Notes: generated by a model not told the origin, from the letters alone. DNA of 37,517 nucleotides from an uncultured Bacillales bacterium (GCA_946411895.1 CAMKFP010000003.1:1-37517), one strand, 5' to 3'. Shown: positions 1 to 7,467, numbered from the stretch's first letter. Made by a program: numbers and translations.

Positions 1-143
1 AATGTATAATGGTAATGGGTTTGTAGATAAAAGTCTAAAAACTGGGTCAGCCTCAAATATAATCTCTGATTTATTCAGGGTTTTTTTAACGTAAATAAGC
101 AAGAAGTCCCCACTTCTATATATAAGTGGTGGGAGCATGTTAC
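1..143 (+). mobile_element. Probable right end (omega-RNA 3' portion) of an IS200/IS605-type TnpB element, truncated by the window edge
   Basis: AAGCAAGAAGTCCCCACTT-CTATATAT-AAGTGGTGGGAGCATGTTAC: subterminal hairpin at 107-134 followed by a TTAC end at 140-143. This resembles the 'caagaagccccacttc...aagtggggtagttcac' ends of TnpB elements. An open frame ends at TAA 92-94. No transposase or TnpB motif is visible in the window. Confidence 0.5.
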
Positions 144-214
144 TTATTACCTAACTATATAATCTCTTTTCACTATGCTAAAATGATATTAACAAAGTTA
201 CAAAGGAGATAACT

Positions 215-1126
215 ATGTCTGAAAAAATCTTTGAAGCGCAAGCTAACGGTGGCCACATTCAAAAGGGTCTTTCGTTTGAAAAAGAAGGTAATAAGAAGAA
301 CCTTGTCATTATGACTGGAATGCAAGAATATTCCAGAAGATATGAGGGTTTTGCGAAGTTTTTGAACACTTTGGGCTATAACGTCCACGTTTTAGATGCT
401 GTTGGACAGGGCTTAAATGTTGATAAAGTTGAAGACTTACAAAAGTGGTATGTTGACGCGTTTGATTCTAACGTGAGCGCTGCTAACGCGAAAGTCGAAG
501 AACTTAAAAAAACGGGCAGTGAACAAACCGTTATCTTTGGTCACTCCATGGGTTCATTCATGGTTACTAGATATATGGAACTCTATCCAGAGACCACTGA
601 TGGAGTCATCATCTGTGGTTCTAATGGACCAGATGGTATGAAGATGTCAGTTGCATACGCTTTAGCGTGCATGAACACCAATAAAAAGAACTGGGATAAG
701 CCATCTCCAAGCATGACTAAACTCGCTATGGGTGGATACGCTAAGGCTATTAAGGATAGAAAGTCTGATTTAGACTGGCTCTCCTATAACGAAGAAAACG
801 TGAATAAGTACGCTGCTGATGAGTATTGTGGGCATATGAATACATATGGCTTCTGGCATGAGTTCTTAAAAGGTATGAAACACTTATATCAAGGCAAGAA
901 CTGGAAGAAGATTTCTCCTAATGAACATGTTCTAATTATTTCAGGTGAAGAAGATCCAGTTGGTGCGATGGGTAAAGGTCCAAGAAAGCTAGAAAAAGCC
1001 CTTAAGAAACTCGGACTAAAAGATGTCACGCTTCATATGTATGAGAAGATGAGACATGAAATCCTTAATGAAGATAAAAAAGATATCGTCTATAAGGATG
1101 TCGAAGAATTCTTAAAGACTTTATAA
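215..1126 (+). CDS. Alpha/beta hydrolase, lysophospholipase/monoacylglycerol lipase-like
   Basis: GHSMG nucleophile elbow, SGEEDPVG acid region, RHEILNE catalytic His; SD AAGGAG upstream. Confidence 0.9.
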   Translation: MSEKIFEAQANGGHIQKGLSFEKEGNKKNLVIMTGMQEYSRRYEGFAKFLNTLGYNVHVLDAVGQGLNVDKVEDLQKWYVDAFDSNVSAANAKVEELKKTGSEQTVIFGHSMGSFMVTRYMELYPETTDGVIICGSNGPDGMKMSVAYALACMNTNKKNWDKPSPSMTKLAMGGYAKAIKDRKSDLDWLSYNEENVNKYAADEYCGHMNTYGFWHEFLKGMKHLYQGKNWKKISPNEHVLIISGEEDPVGAMGKGPRKLEKALKKLGLKDVTLHMYEKMRHEILNEDKKDIVYKDVEEFLKTL

Positions 1127-1141
1127 AGAAAGCCTAAATTG

Positions 1142-1170
1142 AGGGGTCCAAAAATGGACCCTTTTTCTTT
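1142..1170 (+). terminator. Rho-independent terminator
   Basis: GGGTCCA-AAAA-TGGACCC followed by a T-tract. Confidence 0.8.
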
Positions 1171-1191
1171 CCCTCTTTTATAAAATAATTA

Positions 1192-1220
1192 TTGATTTAT
1201 ACATACCATAAGTATAAAAT
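1192..1220 (+). promoter_or_regulatory. SigA-type promoter of tRNA-Ala
   Basis: TTGATT (1192-1197), 17 nt spacer, TAAAAT (1215-1220), ending 10 nt upstream of the tRNA. Confidence 0.7.
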
Positions 1221-1230
1221 CATTAACGCT

Positions 1231-1306
1231 GGGTCTGTAGCTCACCTGGGAGAGCGCCTCCATGGCATGGAGGAGGTAGAGGGTTCGATCCCCTTCAGAT
1301 CCACCA
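1231..1306 (+). tRNA. tRNA-Ala(GGC)
   Basis: Full cloverleaf: acceptor GGGTCTG/CAGATCC with the G3:U70 Ala identity pair, D-arm GCTC/GAGC, anticodon stem CCTCC/GGAGG with loop AT-GGC-AT, T-loop TTCGATC, encoded CCA. Confidence 0.97.
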
Positions 1307-1396
1307 TAATTACACGCTACCAAAATCCAAAGCAAAAAGGATTTAGGTGGAAATATAGACCATTCGTATGGTCAAAGTACTAGAAACTTAGTAATT

Positions 1397-1437
1397 AAGG
1401 TGGAAGGTCCTAAAAATCTAGGATTTTTCACCTTTTT
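1397..1437 (+). terminator. Terminator-like hairpin downstream of the tRNA
   Basis: AAGGTGGAAGGTCCTA-AAAATC-TAGGATTTTTCACCTT (16 bp including G:U pairs) followed by Ts. Confidence 0.65.
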
Positions 1438-1553
1438 ACTATCTACGACCCTCAAGCAAACGAAAAATACAAAAAACTGGACCCATAGCTCATTTGGTAG
1501 CGAGTTCAGCGAGAACTAGTACAAAAGACTAGGGGGAATATCACTGTCAAATT

Positions 1554-1581
1554 AGCATCACTTAGCGGTGGTGCTTTTTTT
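1554..1581 (+). terminator. Rho-independent terminator
   Basis: AGCATCAC-TTAGCG-GTGGTGCT followed by a T-tract. Confidence 0.7.
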
Positions 1582-1694
1582 ATCGGATGAAGAAGAATTA
1601 CCTAATTAATCGATATATGCACCTTGAAATTCTCGTTTTTTCGGGATTTTTGGGTAATTAACAAAGAAATGAGCTATCATTATTGTATAACTAA

Positions 1695-2033
1695 ACATTA
1701 CCGATTCGTTATCTTAGACAAGGACAATTCGTTGTCGATATTGATTTCCATCTAAAAATCGAAAAAATAAATATAGGTAATAAAACTTCCTATAAATACG
1801 GATATTTATTTTTAGGTTTAGATGAAAAAGACAATCCAAGCATCAATTTAAATGAATTGAATGATCTAGATATTAAAGATTTCCAATTGATAAATAATGT
1901 TGATGCCCAAATGGTGGCTTTTTAAGCCAATTATAAAAAGCAAAAGCTCATATTTAAAGACTATGCTTCATGTGGTAAATATTGGGATTTAAATAATTGT
2001 TATATGACCGCATTTGTAAATAGAGGTGAATAA
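1695..2033 (+). pseudogene. 3' fragment of a gene, possibly the C-terminus of a GH127-like glycoside hydrolase
   Basis: Frame 3 reads LPIRYLRQG...YKYGYLFLG...QMVAF*ANYKKQKLIFKDYASCGKYWDLNNCYMTAFVNRGE*. It has one internal TAA (1923-1925) and no start. Its stop (2031-2033) abuts the fucosidase ATG as in an operon. The family guess rests on the DYASxGKxW-like end. Confidence 0.5.
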
Positions 2034-2034
2034 A

Positions 2035-3018
2035 ATGAATAACAAAGAATATTTCAAGCAAGCTAAATACGGCATGATGATCCATTTCGGTTTATATTCC
2101 ATCTTAGCCGGTGAATATAAAGGAAAAAGAATGGGCACCACCATTGGCGAATGGATTCAATCATATTTTCGTATCCCCAATAAAGAATATGAACAATTGG
2201 CCAAAGTGTTTAATCCTATTTATTTTAATGCTGAAGAATGGGTTGATTTAGCCATAAGGGCGGATATGAAATATATGGTGGTCACCACAAAACACCATGA
2301 AGGCTTTGCCTTATTCCACAGCAAAGTTGACAAATTTAATGTTGTGGATGCCACTCCATTTAAAAGAGATATTATCAAAGAATTAGCGGATGCTTGTCAT
2401 CGCAAAGGATTGAAATTCGGTATTTATTATTCCCAAGCTTTAGACTGGCATGAAGAAAACGCTGGTGGTTGGGATGCCTCAACATTTAATGTTGATAATA
2501 TGCATTGGGGAAATGATTGGGATTTCCCTGATAATAGCAAAAAAGATTATAAAGAAGTATTTGAAAGAAAAATAAAGCCACAAGTTATCGAACTATTAAC
2601 CAATTATGGTGATATTTTCTCCATTTGGTTTGATACTCCTTGGACTATATCAAAAGAACAATCTATTGAGCTTTATAATCTCGTTAAGAAATATCAACCT
2701 GATTGCTTAGTAAATTCCCGTATCGGCTTATTTGAAGGCATTGAATTCGATTACACATCATTTGGTGATAACGAAATACCGGAAGAATATAAAAATGGGG
2801 AATTATTATTTGAATCAGCATGTACATTAAATGATACATGGGGATATAAATCATATGATCAAAATTGGAAATCACCAGAAGAGATTCTCAAAAACAAAAA
2901 ACATTTGAATGAGAGAAATATTAATTATTTATTAAATGTCGGTCCTGATTATCTTGGAAGAATACCAGGGCCAAGCGTAGATATTTTACTTAAAGTAAAA
3001 GAGTTGGAAGATAGATAA
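2035..3018 (+). CDS. Alpha-L-fucosidase (GH29), cytoplasmic
   Basis: YGMMIHFGLYS, EW, FNAEEW, TTKHHEGF, GIYYS, WFD (nucleophile Asp), TWGY and LLNVGP motifs. SD GAGGTG precedes ATG 2035. No signal peptide. Confidence 0.93.
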   Translation: MNNKEYFKQAKYGMMIHFGLYSILAGEYKGKRMGTTIGEWIQSYFRIPNKEYEQLAKVFNPIYFNAEEWVDLAIRADMKYMVVTTKHHEGFALFHSKVDKFNVVDATPFKRDIIKELADACHRKGLKFGIYYSQALDWHEENAGGWDASTFNVDNMHWGNDWDFPDNSKKDYKEVFERKIKPQVIELLTNYGDIFSIWFDTPWTISKEQSIELYNLVKKYQPDCLVNSRIGLFEGIEFDYTSFGDNEIPEEYKNGELLFESACTLNDTWGYKSYDQNWKSPEEILKNKKHLNERNINYLLNVGPDYLGRIPGPSVDILLKVKELEDR

Positions 3019-3037
3019 TCCAACTCTTCTTTTTTTA
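2999..3037 (+). terminator. Terminator of the fucosidase gene
   Basis: AAGAGTTGGA...TCCAACTCTT followed by a T-tract. Confidence 0.75.
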
Positions 3038-3047
3038 TTTTGTTTTA

Positions 3048-3167
3048 ATAGCCAGAGCAGAACATTGGTGCGAAGGATTTTTTGAAGAATTCTTGAAGGA
3101 CGGAACTATCTTGAGAGTACTGAAACGACTCAAAGAATTGACTTATGAGGATGACGAAGAGGACTAA
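3048..3167 (+). pseudogene. C-terminal gene fragment, DUF6508-like
   Basis: IARAEHWCEGFFEEFLKDGTILRVLKRLKEL...* with no start codon or SD. Resembles the recalled RAxRFCxG...GxIxxWLxRLKE pattern. Confidence 0.45.
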
Positions 3168-3198
3168 TTAACCTCTATGATAGCGTCAAGCAAAGTCA

Positions 3199-3366
3199 AT
3201 TTCCCCGTTTTTGAGTAATAAACTGAAAAATGAGAAAAAGTGCCAAAAATCGCATAAAATGCTGTATTTTATAGGCAAAATACCTATATAATAGATGCCA
3301 GACCGCATCTCTTGGATGTGGTTGAAGTGGAATTGATATACCGAAGCCAAACAAAAACGGGGAAAT
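3199..3366. repeat. Perfect 15-bp inverted repeats flanking a 138-bp promoter-like segment
   Basis: ATTTCCCCGTTTTTG (3199-3213) and CAAAAACGGGGAAAT (3352-3366); TATAAT at 3287-3292 lies between them. Confidence 0.8.
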
Positions 3367-3435
3367 CAGTTGTCCTGCCCCGAAAATGGTAGAGGTAGCG
3401 GGTTATCATCGTAACCCTTCAGATCCACCAGAAAG

Positions 3436-3479
3436 AAAAAAATACCCCCAAACATATCGAATGTTGGGGGTTTTATTTT
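3436..3479 (-). terminator. glnS terminator, probably bidirectional
   Basis: CCCCCAAACAT-ATCGA-ATGTTGGGGG flanked by A- and T-tracts. Confidence 0.75.
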
Positions 3480-5124
3480 ACTTATTGAATGAAGATTTTA
3501 ATGAACAAGTTCTATTGAAGATCAAATGTTCTTTTGTGGATTCTTTATCAGTGCAGAAGTATCCGTTTCTAATGAATTGGAATCTATCGAGTGGTTTAGT
3601 GTCTATTAATGAGGCTTCGACATAGCCTTCGACTTTCTCCCATGAATTTGGATTAAGTCTTTCTAAGAAAGATAATCCTTTAGTTTCTTCTGTTTCGTCA
3701 AAGACAAGAGGTTCATATAAGTTAAATGTTGCTGGTAAAGCGGTTGTGGCTTCAACATAGTGAATCGTGCCATTAGGCTTTCTTCCTTCAAACCCGCTTC
3801 CAGATTTAGTCTCTGGATCATAGCTACAGTGAAGTTCAACGATCTTGCCGTTTTCGTCTTTCAGGACGCTATTACATTTAATGAAGTAGGCGTGCATGAG
3901 TCTTACTTCATCACCTAAAGATAATCTCTTCCATTTGCGGTTTGGCTTTTCTTCAATGAAGTCTTCCTCTTCAATATAGAGATATTTGCCAAAGGCAATT
4001 TGACGAGTTCCAAGCTCTTCATTTTCCATATTGTTAGAGGCTTCAACGTATTCGATTTGACCTTCTGGATAGTTATCAATAACTACTTTTAATGGATGAA
4101 GGACCGCCATTGGACGGGTGGCTTTCATCTTTTGTTCTTCTCTAAGGAAGTAATCTAGATTATCCGCATCAGTCGTGGAGTTAATTCTCGATAAACCAGT
4201 ATAGAGGATGAAGTTCTTAATCGCTTCAGCGGTAAAGCCTTTACGTTTTAGACCCACTAAGGTTGGCATTCTGGGATCATCATATCCAGTGACATAGCCA
4301 CCTTCAACGAGTTGACGAAGATATCTTTTAGACATCACGGTGTTAGTGATGTTAAGTCTACCCCATTCATATTGATGTGGGACGTGTTCCATCTCACACT
4401 TTTCCACAAACCAGTCATATAAGACTCTATGGTTATCATATTCTAAAGAACAAAGGGAATGTGTCACTCCTTCAAAAGCATCTTGAAGTGGATGGGCGAA
4501 GTCATACATTGGATAGATGCACCATTTATCACCTTGACGGTGGTGACTGACGTGAAGGATACGGTACATGACAGGGTCACGCATATTGATGTTTGGAGAA
4601 GACATATCGATCTTCGCTCTTAAGGTCTTTTCTCCGTTTGCGTACTTGCCTGCTCTCATTTCTTCAAAGAGCTTTAAGTTTTCTTCAACGCTTCTATTTC
4701 TACATGGAGATTCTCTTCCTGGTTCAGTGAGAGTTCCGCGGTATTCAGTCATTTCTTCTGGAGACAAATCATCAACATAAGCAAGGCCTTTTTTAATTAA
4801 AAGAATGGCTTTTTCATAGGTTTTTTCAAAATAATCAGAACCAAAGAAGATGTTCTTGGGTTCATAGCCTAACCACTTTAAATCATCAATAATGGCGTTG
4901 ACATATTCAGCACCTTCATTGACTGGGTTAGTGTCATCGAATCTTAAATTGGTATAGCCACCAAAGCATTTAGCAAGTTCAAAGTCATTGACAATCGCTC
5001 TTGCGTGACCGATGTGTAAATAGGCATTTGGTTCAGGTGGAAAACGAGTCACGATTTGTTTGACTCGACCTTCTTTAAGGTCTTTTTCCATGATTGTTTT
5101 AATAAAGTTGTTGATTTCTTCCAT
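3478..5124 (-). CDS. glnS: Glutamine--tRNA ligase
   Basis: TRFPPEPNAYLHIGH, LRFDDTNP, YPMYDF, THSLCSLEY, VMSKR, DDPRMPTL and C-terminal FQFIRNGYF. ATG at 5124 follows a GAGG SD. Confidence 0.96.
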   Translation of the reverse strand: MEEINNFIKTIMEKDLKEGRVKQIVTRFPPEPNAYLHIGHARAIVNDFELAKCFGGYTNLRFDDTNPVNEGAEYVNAIIDDLKWLGYEPKNIFFGSDYFEKTYEKAILLIKKGLAYVDDLSPEEMTEYRGTLTEPGRESPCRNRSVEENLKLFEEMRAGKYANGEKTLRAKIDMSSPNINMRDPVMYRILHVSHHRQGDKWCIYPMYDFAHPLQDAFEGVTHSLCSLEYDNHRVLYDWFVEKCEMEHVPHQYEWGRLNITNTVMSKRYLRQLVEGGYVTGYDDPRMPTLVGLKRKGFTAEAIKNFILYTGLSRINSTTDADNLDYFLREEQKMKATRPMAVLHPLKVVIDNYPEGQIEYVEASNNMENEELGTRQIAFGKYLYIEEEDFIEEKPNRKWKRLSLGDEVRLMHAYFIKCNSVLKDENGKIVELHCSYDPETKSGSGFEGRKPNGTIHYVEATTALPATFNLYEPLVFDETEETKGLSFLERLNPNSWEKVEGYVEASLIDTKPLDRFQFIRNGYFCTDKESTKEHLIFNRTCSLKSSFNK

Positions 5125-5142
5125 AAACAAGTCCTCGGAGAT

Positions 5143-5170
5143 ATTTTACTCTAGTAATAATTATTCTCAA
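5143..5170 (-). promoter_or_regulatory. glnS promoter
   Basis: Minus strand TTGAGA, 16 nt spacer, TAAAAT. Confidence 0.55.
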
Positions 5171-5245
5171 TAAAAAACAACTATAGTTTACATCTAGATA
5201 TAAACATTAGTTTGTTTTTACGTGCCTAAAATTTTTATAAAACTA

Positions 5246-5274
5246 TTCACACTTTTACTTAGCATGTATATAAT
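5246..5274 (+). promoter_or_regulatory. SigA promoter of a putative small RNA
   Basis: TTCACA (5246-5251), 17 nt spacer, TATAAT (5269-5274). Confidence 0.7.
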
Positions 5275-5280
5275 ATGTTC

Positions 5281-5357
5281 AACGTTTGAGTGGGAGACCA
5301 CTTAAAACGGACCCTTTATTGAAAATAAGCATCGCTTGCGATGCTTTTCTTTTTTTT
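5281..5357 (+). ncRNA. Putative ~75-nt small RNA or attenuator of unknown family
   Basis: Promoter directly upstream. 5' hairpin CGTTTGAGTGG-GAGA-CCACTTAAAACG has a GNRA loop. Terminator AAGCATCG-CTTG-CGATGCTT is followed by a long T-tract. Confidence 0.6.
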
Positions 5358-5494
5358 GACTTCTTGTGTTTACTAAACCAGCTTTTTTGTTCACTGAAAA
5401 ATGAGGGACAAAATGTTCTCAAACTATGAATATATCTACGTTTCAGTAAAAAAATAAACTTACTCACGAAAGATTTTTGTGAGATAATAAATGT

Positions 5495-5971
5495 ATGAAA
5501 TACGTTGTTGGAGAAAGCGTTATTCACCGTCGCAACGGGCTCGCCACCATCACCGACTTAAAGGTCATCAACAACAATGAATATTACATTGTTAAGACGC
5601 TTAGTGATGATAGTGAAACCATCTATGCCCCTGTTAATGGAGCGGATGCGATTATACGTAAAATTATGTCACCTGAAGAAGCTGACGTCGTTTTAAAAAA
5701 CTTAAAAGGTGTCCTAGAAGTCTTTAATTCAAACACTAAACAACGTAGAGATGCCTTTAAGAAGAGATTATCTTCTGGAGACGTTAATGATATCGCTTAT
5801 TTATATAGACAGTATTATTTCTATAAAAGAGATCCTGATAACGTTAAGCTAGGTAAATCTGATGTCGACATGCTCGAATACGCAGAAAACATGTTGCTCT
5901 CAGAGTTATGCATTACCTACAAGGTAGATAGGGAAGAGATAGAATCGTTTATCTCTCATAAGATCGTATAA
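5495..5971 (+). CDS. carD: CarD-family RNA polymerase-binding regulator
   Basis: N-terminal Y/FxVGExVxH..G...I..I Tudor-like domain, IxxPV..., IRKIMS and the helical C-terminus (L+SGD, AExML.SEL). Confidence 0.8.
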   Translation: MKYVVGESVIHRRNGLATITDLKVINNNEYYIVKTLSDDSETIYAPVNGADAIIRKIMSPEEADVVLKNLKGVLEVFNSNTKQRRDAFKKRLSSGDVNDIAYLYRQYYFYKRDPDNVKLGKSDVDMLEYAENMLLSELCITYKVDREEIESFISHKIV

Positions 5972-5972
5972 G

Positions 5973-6000
5973 AAAAGATGAGTTGAACGCTCATCTTTTT
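5973..6000. terminator. Bidirectional terminator between convergent carD and HAD genes
   Basis: AAAAGATGAG-TTGAACG-CTCATCTTTT. Confidence 0.75.
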
Positions 6001-6641
6001 AATAAATTAAATAGTTCTTCACATGTGTCCACTGTCTTAGCCTTAGGACACATTTCTTTTAATTCATCTTTAGTTCGATAACCATAAGTCACAAGGTAAT
6101 AGTCTAATCCTGAGTTGACCGCCGTTTCTTCATCGACGTTTGTGTCTCCTATATATAAGCACTCGTCCTTTTGAATACCAAATCTGGAGATAACGTTATT
6201 AATCATAGATGGGTCGGGTTTCTTTTTAAGTTCAGGAACATCACCTTGAATAATATCAAAGACTTTAGGGAAGAATTTCTCGATTAAAAGGACTGCAACA
6301 TCTTGTAATTTGTTGGTGCAAACCGCTAAAAAATAGCCTTCTTGTTTAAGTCTCTTCAATAGGTTAAAAACCTCACTGTATGGAATAGTGTTATCTTGAT
6401 AGTGTATTTTATAGTGTTGTTCAAAGATTTTTAAGGTCTTTTTATACTCCTCTACCGGAGTGTTTTCAGGGACACTTCTTTCTATTAACTTAGCCACCCC
6501 ATTACCGATAGAACATCTAGTGTGTTCTAGGTCTCTATTTGGATAATTTTGGGATTTTAACGCGTAATTTACGGAAATATTTAGATCAATTAGTGTATTT
6601 AGGAGTGTTCCATCTAGGTCAAAAATGATGGCTTTTATCAT
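5991..6641 (-). CDS. HAD-superfamily hydrolase, phosphoglycolate phosphatase-like
   Basis: IIFDLDGTLLNT motif I, CTNK motif II, KKKPDP, YIGDTNVD motif IV. The start overlaps the sirtuin stop (ATGA). Confidence 0.92.
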   Translation of the reverse strand: MIKAIIFDLDGTLLNTLIDLNISVNYALKSQNYPNRDLEHTRCSIGNGVAKLIERSVPENTPVEEYKKTLKIFEQHYKIHYQDNTIPYSEVFNLLKRLKQEGYFLAVCTNKLQDVAVLLIEKFFPKVFDIIQGDVPELKKKPDPSMINNVISRFGIQKDECLYIGDTNVDEETAVNSGLDYYLVTYGYRTKDELKEMCPKAKTVDTCEELFNLLKR

Positions 6642-7363
6642 TGGATTCTCTCAATAACTTTCTCAACGTCTTCATTGAAAACTAAATCACAATTATTGTC
6701 GTACGCTGTCTTATCCTTATTAATTAAAATAATATAGCGTCCGCGGAAGTATCTAATGAAGCCTGCTGCAGGATAAACAGTTAGACTTGTTCCAACCACA
6801 ATTAAGGTCTCACAAGTCATGATTGCAGAGATAGAGCGATTGATGATGTCTTCATTAAGAGATTCTTCATATAAAACCACATCTGGTTTAACAATTCCGC
6901 CGCACTTATCGCAGTGGGGAACACCTTCATGATTCATAACGTATTGGACGCCAAAAGATCTTCCACATTTTTCACAATAATTTCTTAAGACGCTGCCATG
7001 AAGTTCTAATACTTGGGATGATCCAGCTTTTTGGTGAAGACCATCAATATTTTGAGTGACAACTATAACGTGTTTTCCTTGCTTCTCAAGATCTGCAAAG
7101 TACTTGTGCGCTTTATTTGGTTTAGCGTTAGGATAGACCATCTTGGATTTATAGAATTCATAGAATTGGTCTGTATGAGAGACAAAGAAAGAATGAGAAA
7201 TAATCTCTTCTGGTCTCACTGTGTATTTGGTCTTTTGGTTATATAGACCATCTGCACTTCTAAAATCAGGGATGCCACTAGGGACAGAGATGCCAGCTCC
7301 TGTAAAAACAACGATGCTTGAGGAGCGGTCAATAATGCTTTTTAGTTCTTCGTATTCGTTCAT
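6638..7363 (-). CDS. cobB: NAD-dependent protein deacylase (Sir2/CobB family)
   Basis: FTGAGISVPSGIPDFRS, TQNIDGLHQKAG, ELHGS, two CxxC, KPDVVLYEE, VGTSL. The start is more likely MNEYEEL at 7363. Confidence 0.94.
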   Translation of the reverse strand: MNEYEELKSIIDRSSSIVVFTGAGISVPSGIPDFRSADGLYNQKTKYTVRPEEIISHSFFVSHTDQFYEFYKSKMVYPNAKPNKAHKYFADLEKQGKHVIVVTQNIDGLHQKAGSSQVLELHGSVLRNYCEKCGRSFGVQYVMNHEGVPHCDKCGGIVKPDVVLYEESLNEDIINRSISAIMTCETLIVVGTSLTVYPAAGFIRYFRGRYIILINKDKTAYDNNCDLVFNEDVEKVIERIQ

Positions 7364-7467
7364 GTTTTTATTGTATGGCTCGCTAAAACAATAGACAAGA
7401 GCAAGATATGTTTTTCTCAATTTAATAAATTGATGACTTATTTTCTCTTCATTGTATAATATACACA

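Larger units (their letters stand above)
1291..3430. mobile_element. Decayed tRNA-Ala-integrated genomic islet (no integrase)
   Basis: Exact 16-bp direct repeat CCCTTCAGATCCACCA at 1291-1306 (tRNA 3' end) and 3415-3430. The interior holds one intact gene and gene fragments. Confidence 0.8.

Noticed and set aside
1192-1383. 63-aa ORF from the track
   Set aside because: It overlaps the tRNA-Ala gene, and its start codon is the promoter -35 box.
3386-3625. 79-aa ORF MVEVAG...
   Set aside because: It runs through the att site and terminator and antisense into glnS. MVEVAG-type starts are typical artefacts of inverted tRNA-end-like sequence.
5281-5357. ZTP or other known riboswitch
   Set aside because: Only a GTGG-GAGA-CCAC hairpin resembles one; the conserved aptamer and pseudoknot sequences are absent.
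5279-5527. 82-aa minus-strand ORF
   Set aside because: It crosses a terminator and promoter region, is low-complexity and has no SD.
5991-6641. Genetic code 4 (TGA=Trp) as in mycoplasmas
   Set aside because: TGA ends the HAD and sirtuin genes at the expected lengths, and long conserved genes are open without TGA read-through.
6638-7363. Sir2 domain as an anti-phage NADase (Thoeris/DSR-type)
   Set aside because: It is a canonical single-domain Zn-binding CobB-type deacylase in a housekeeping context.
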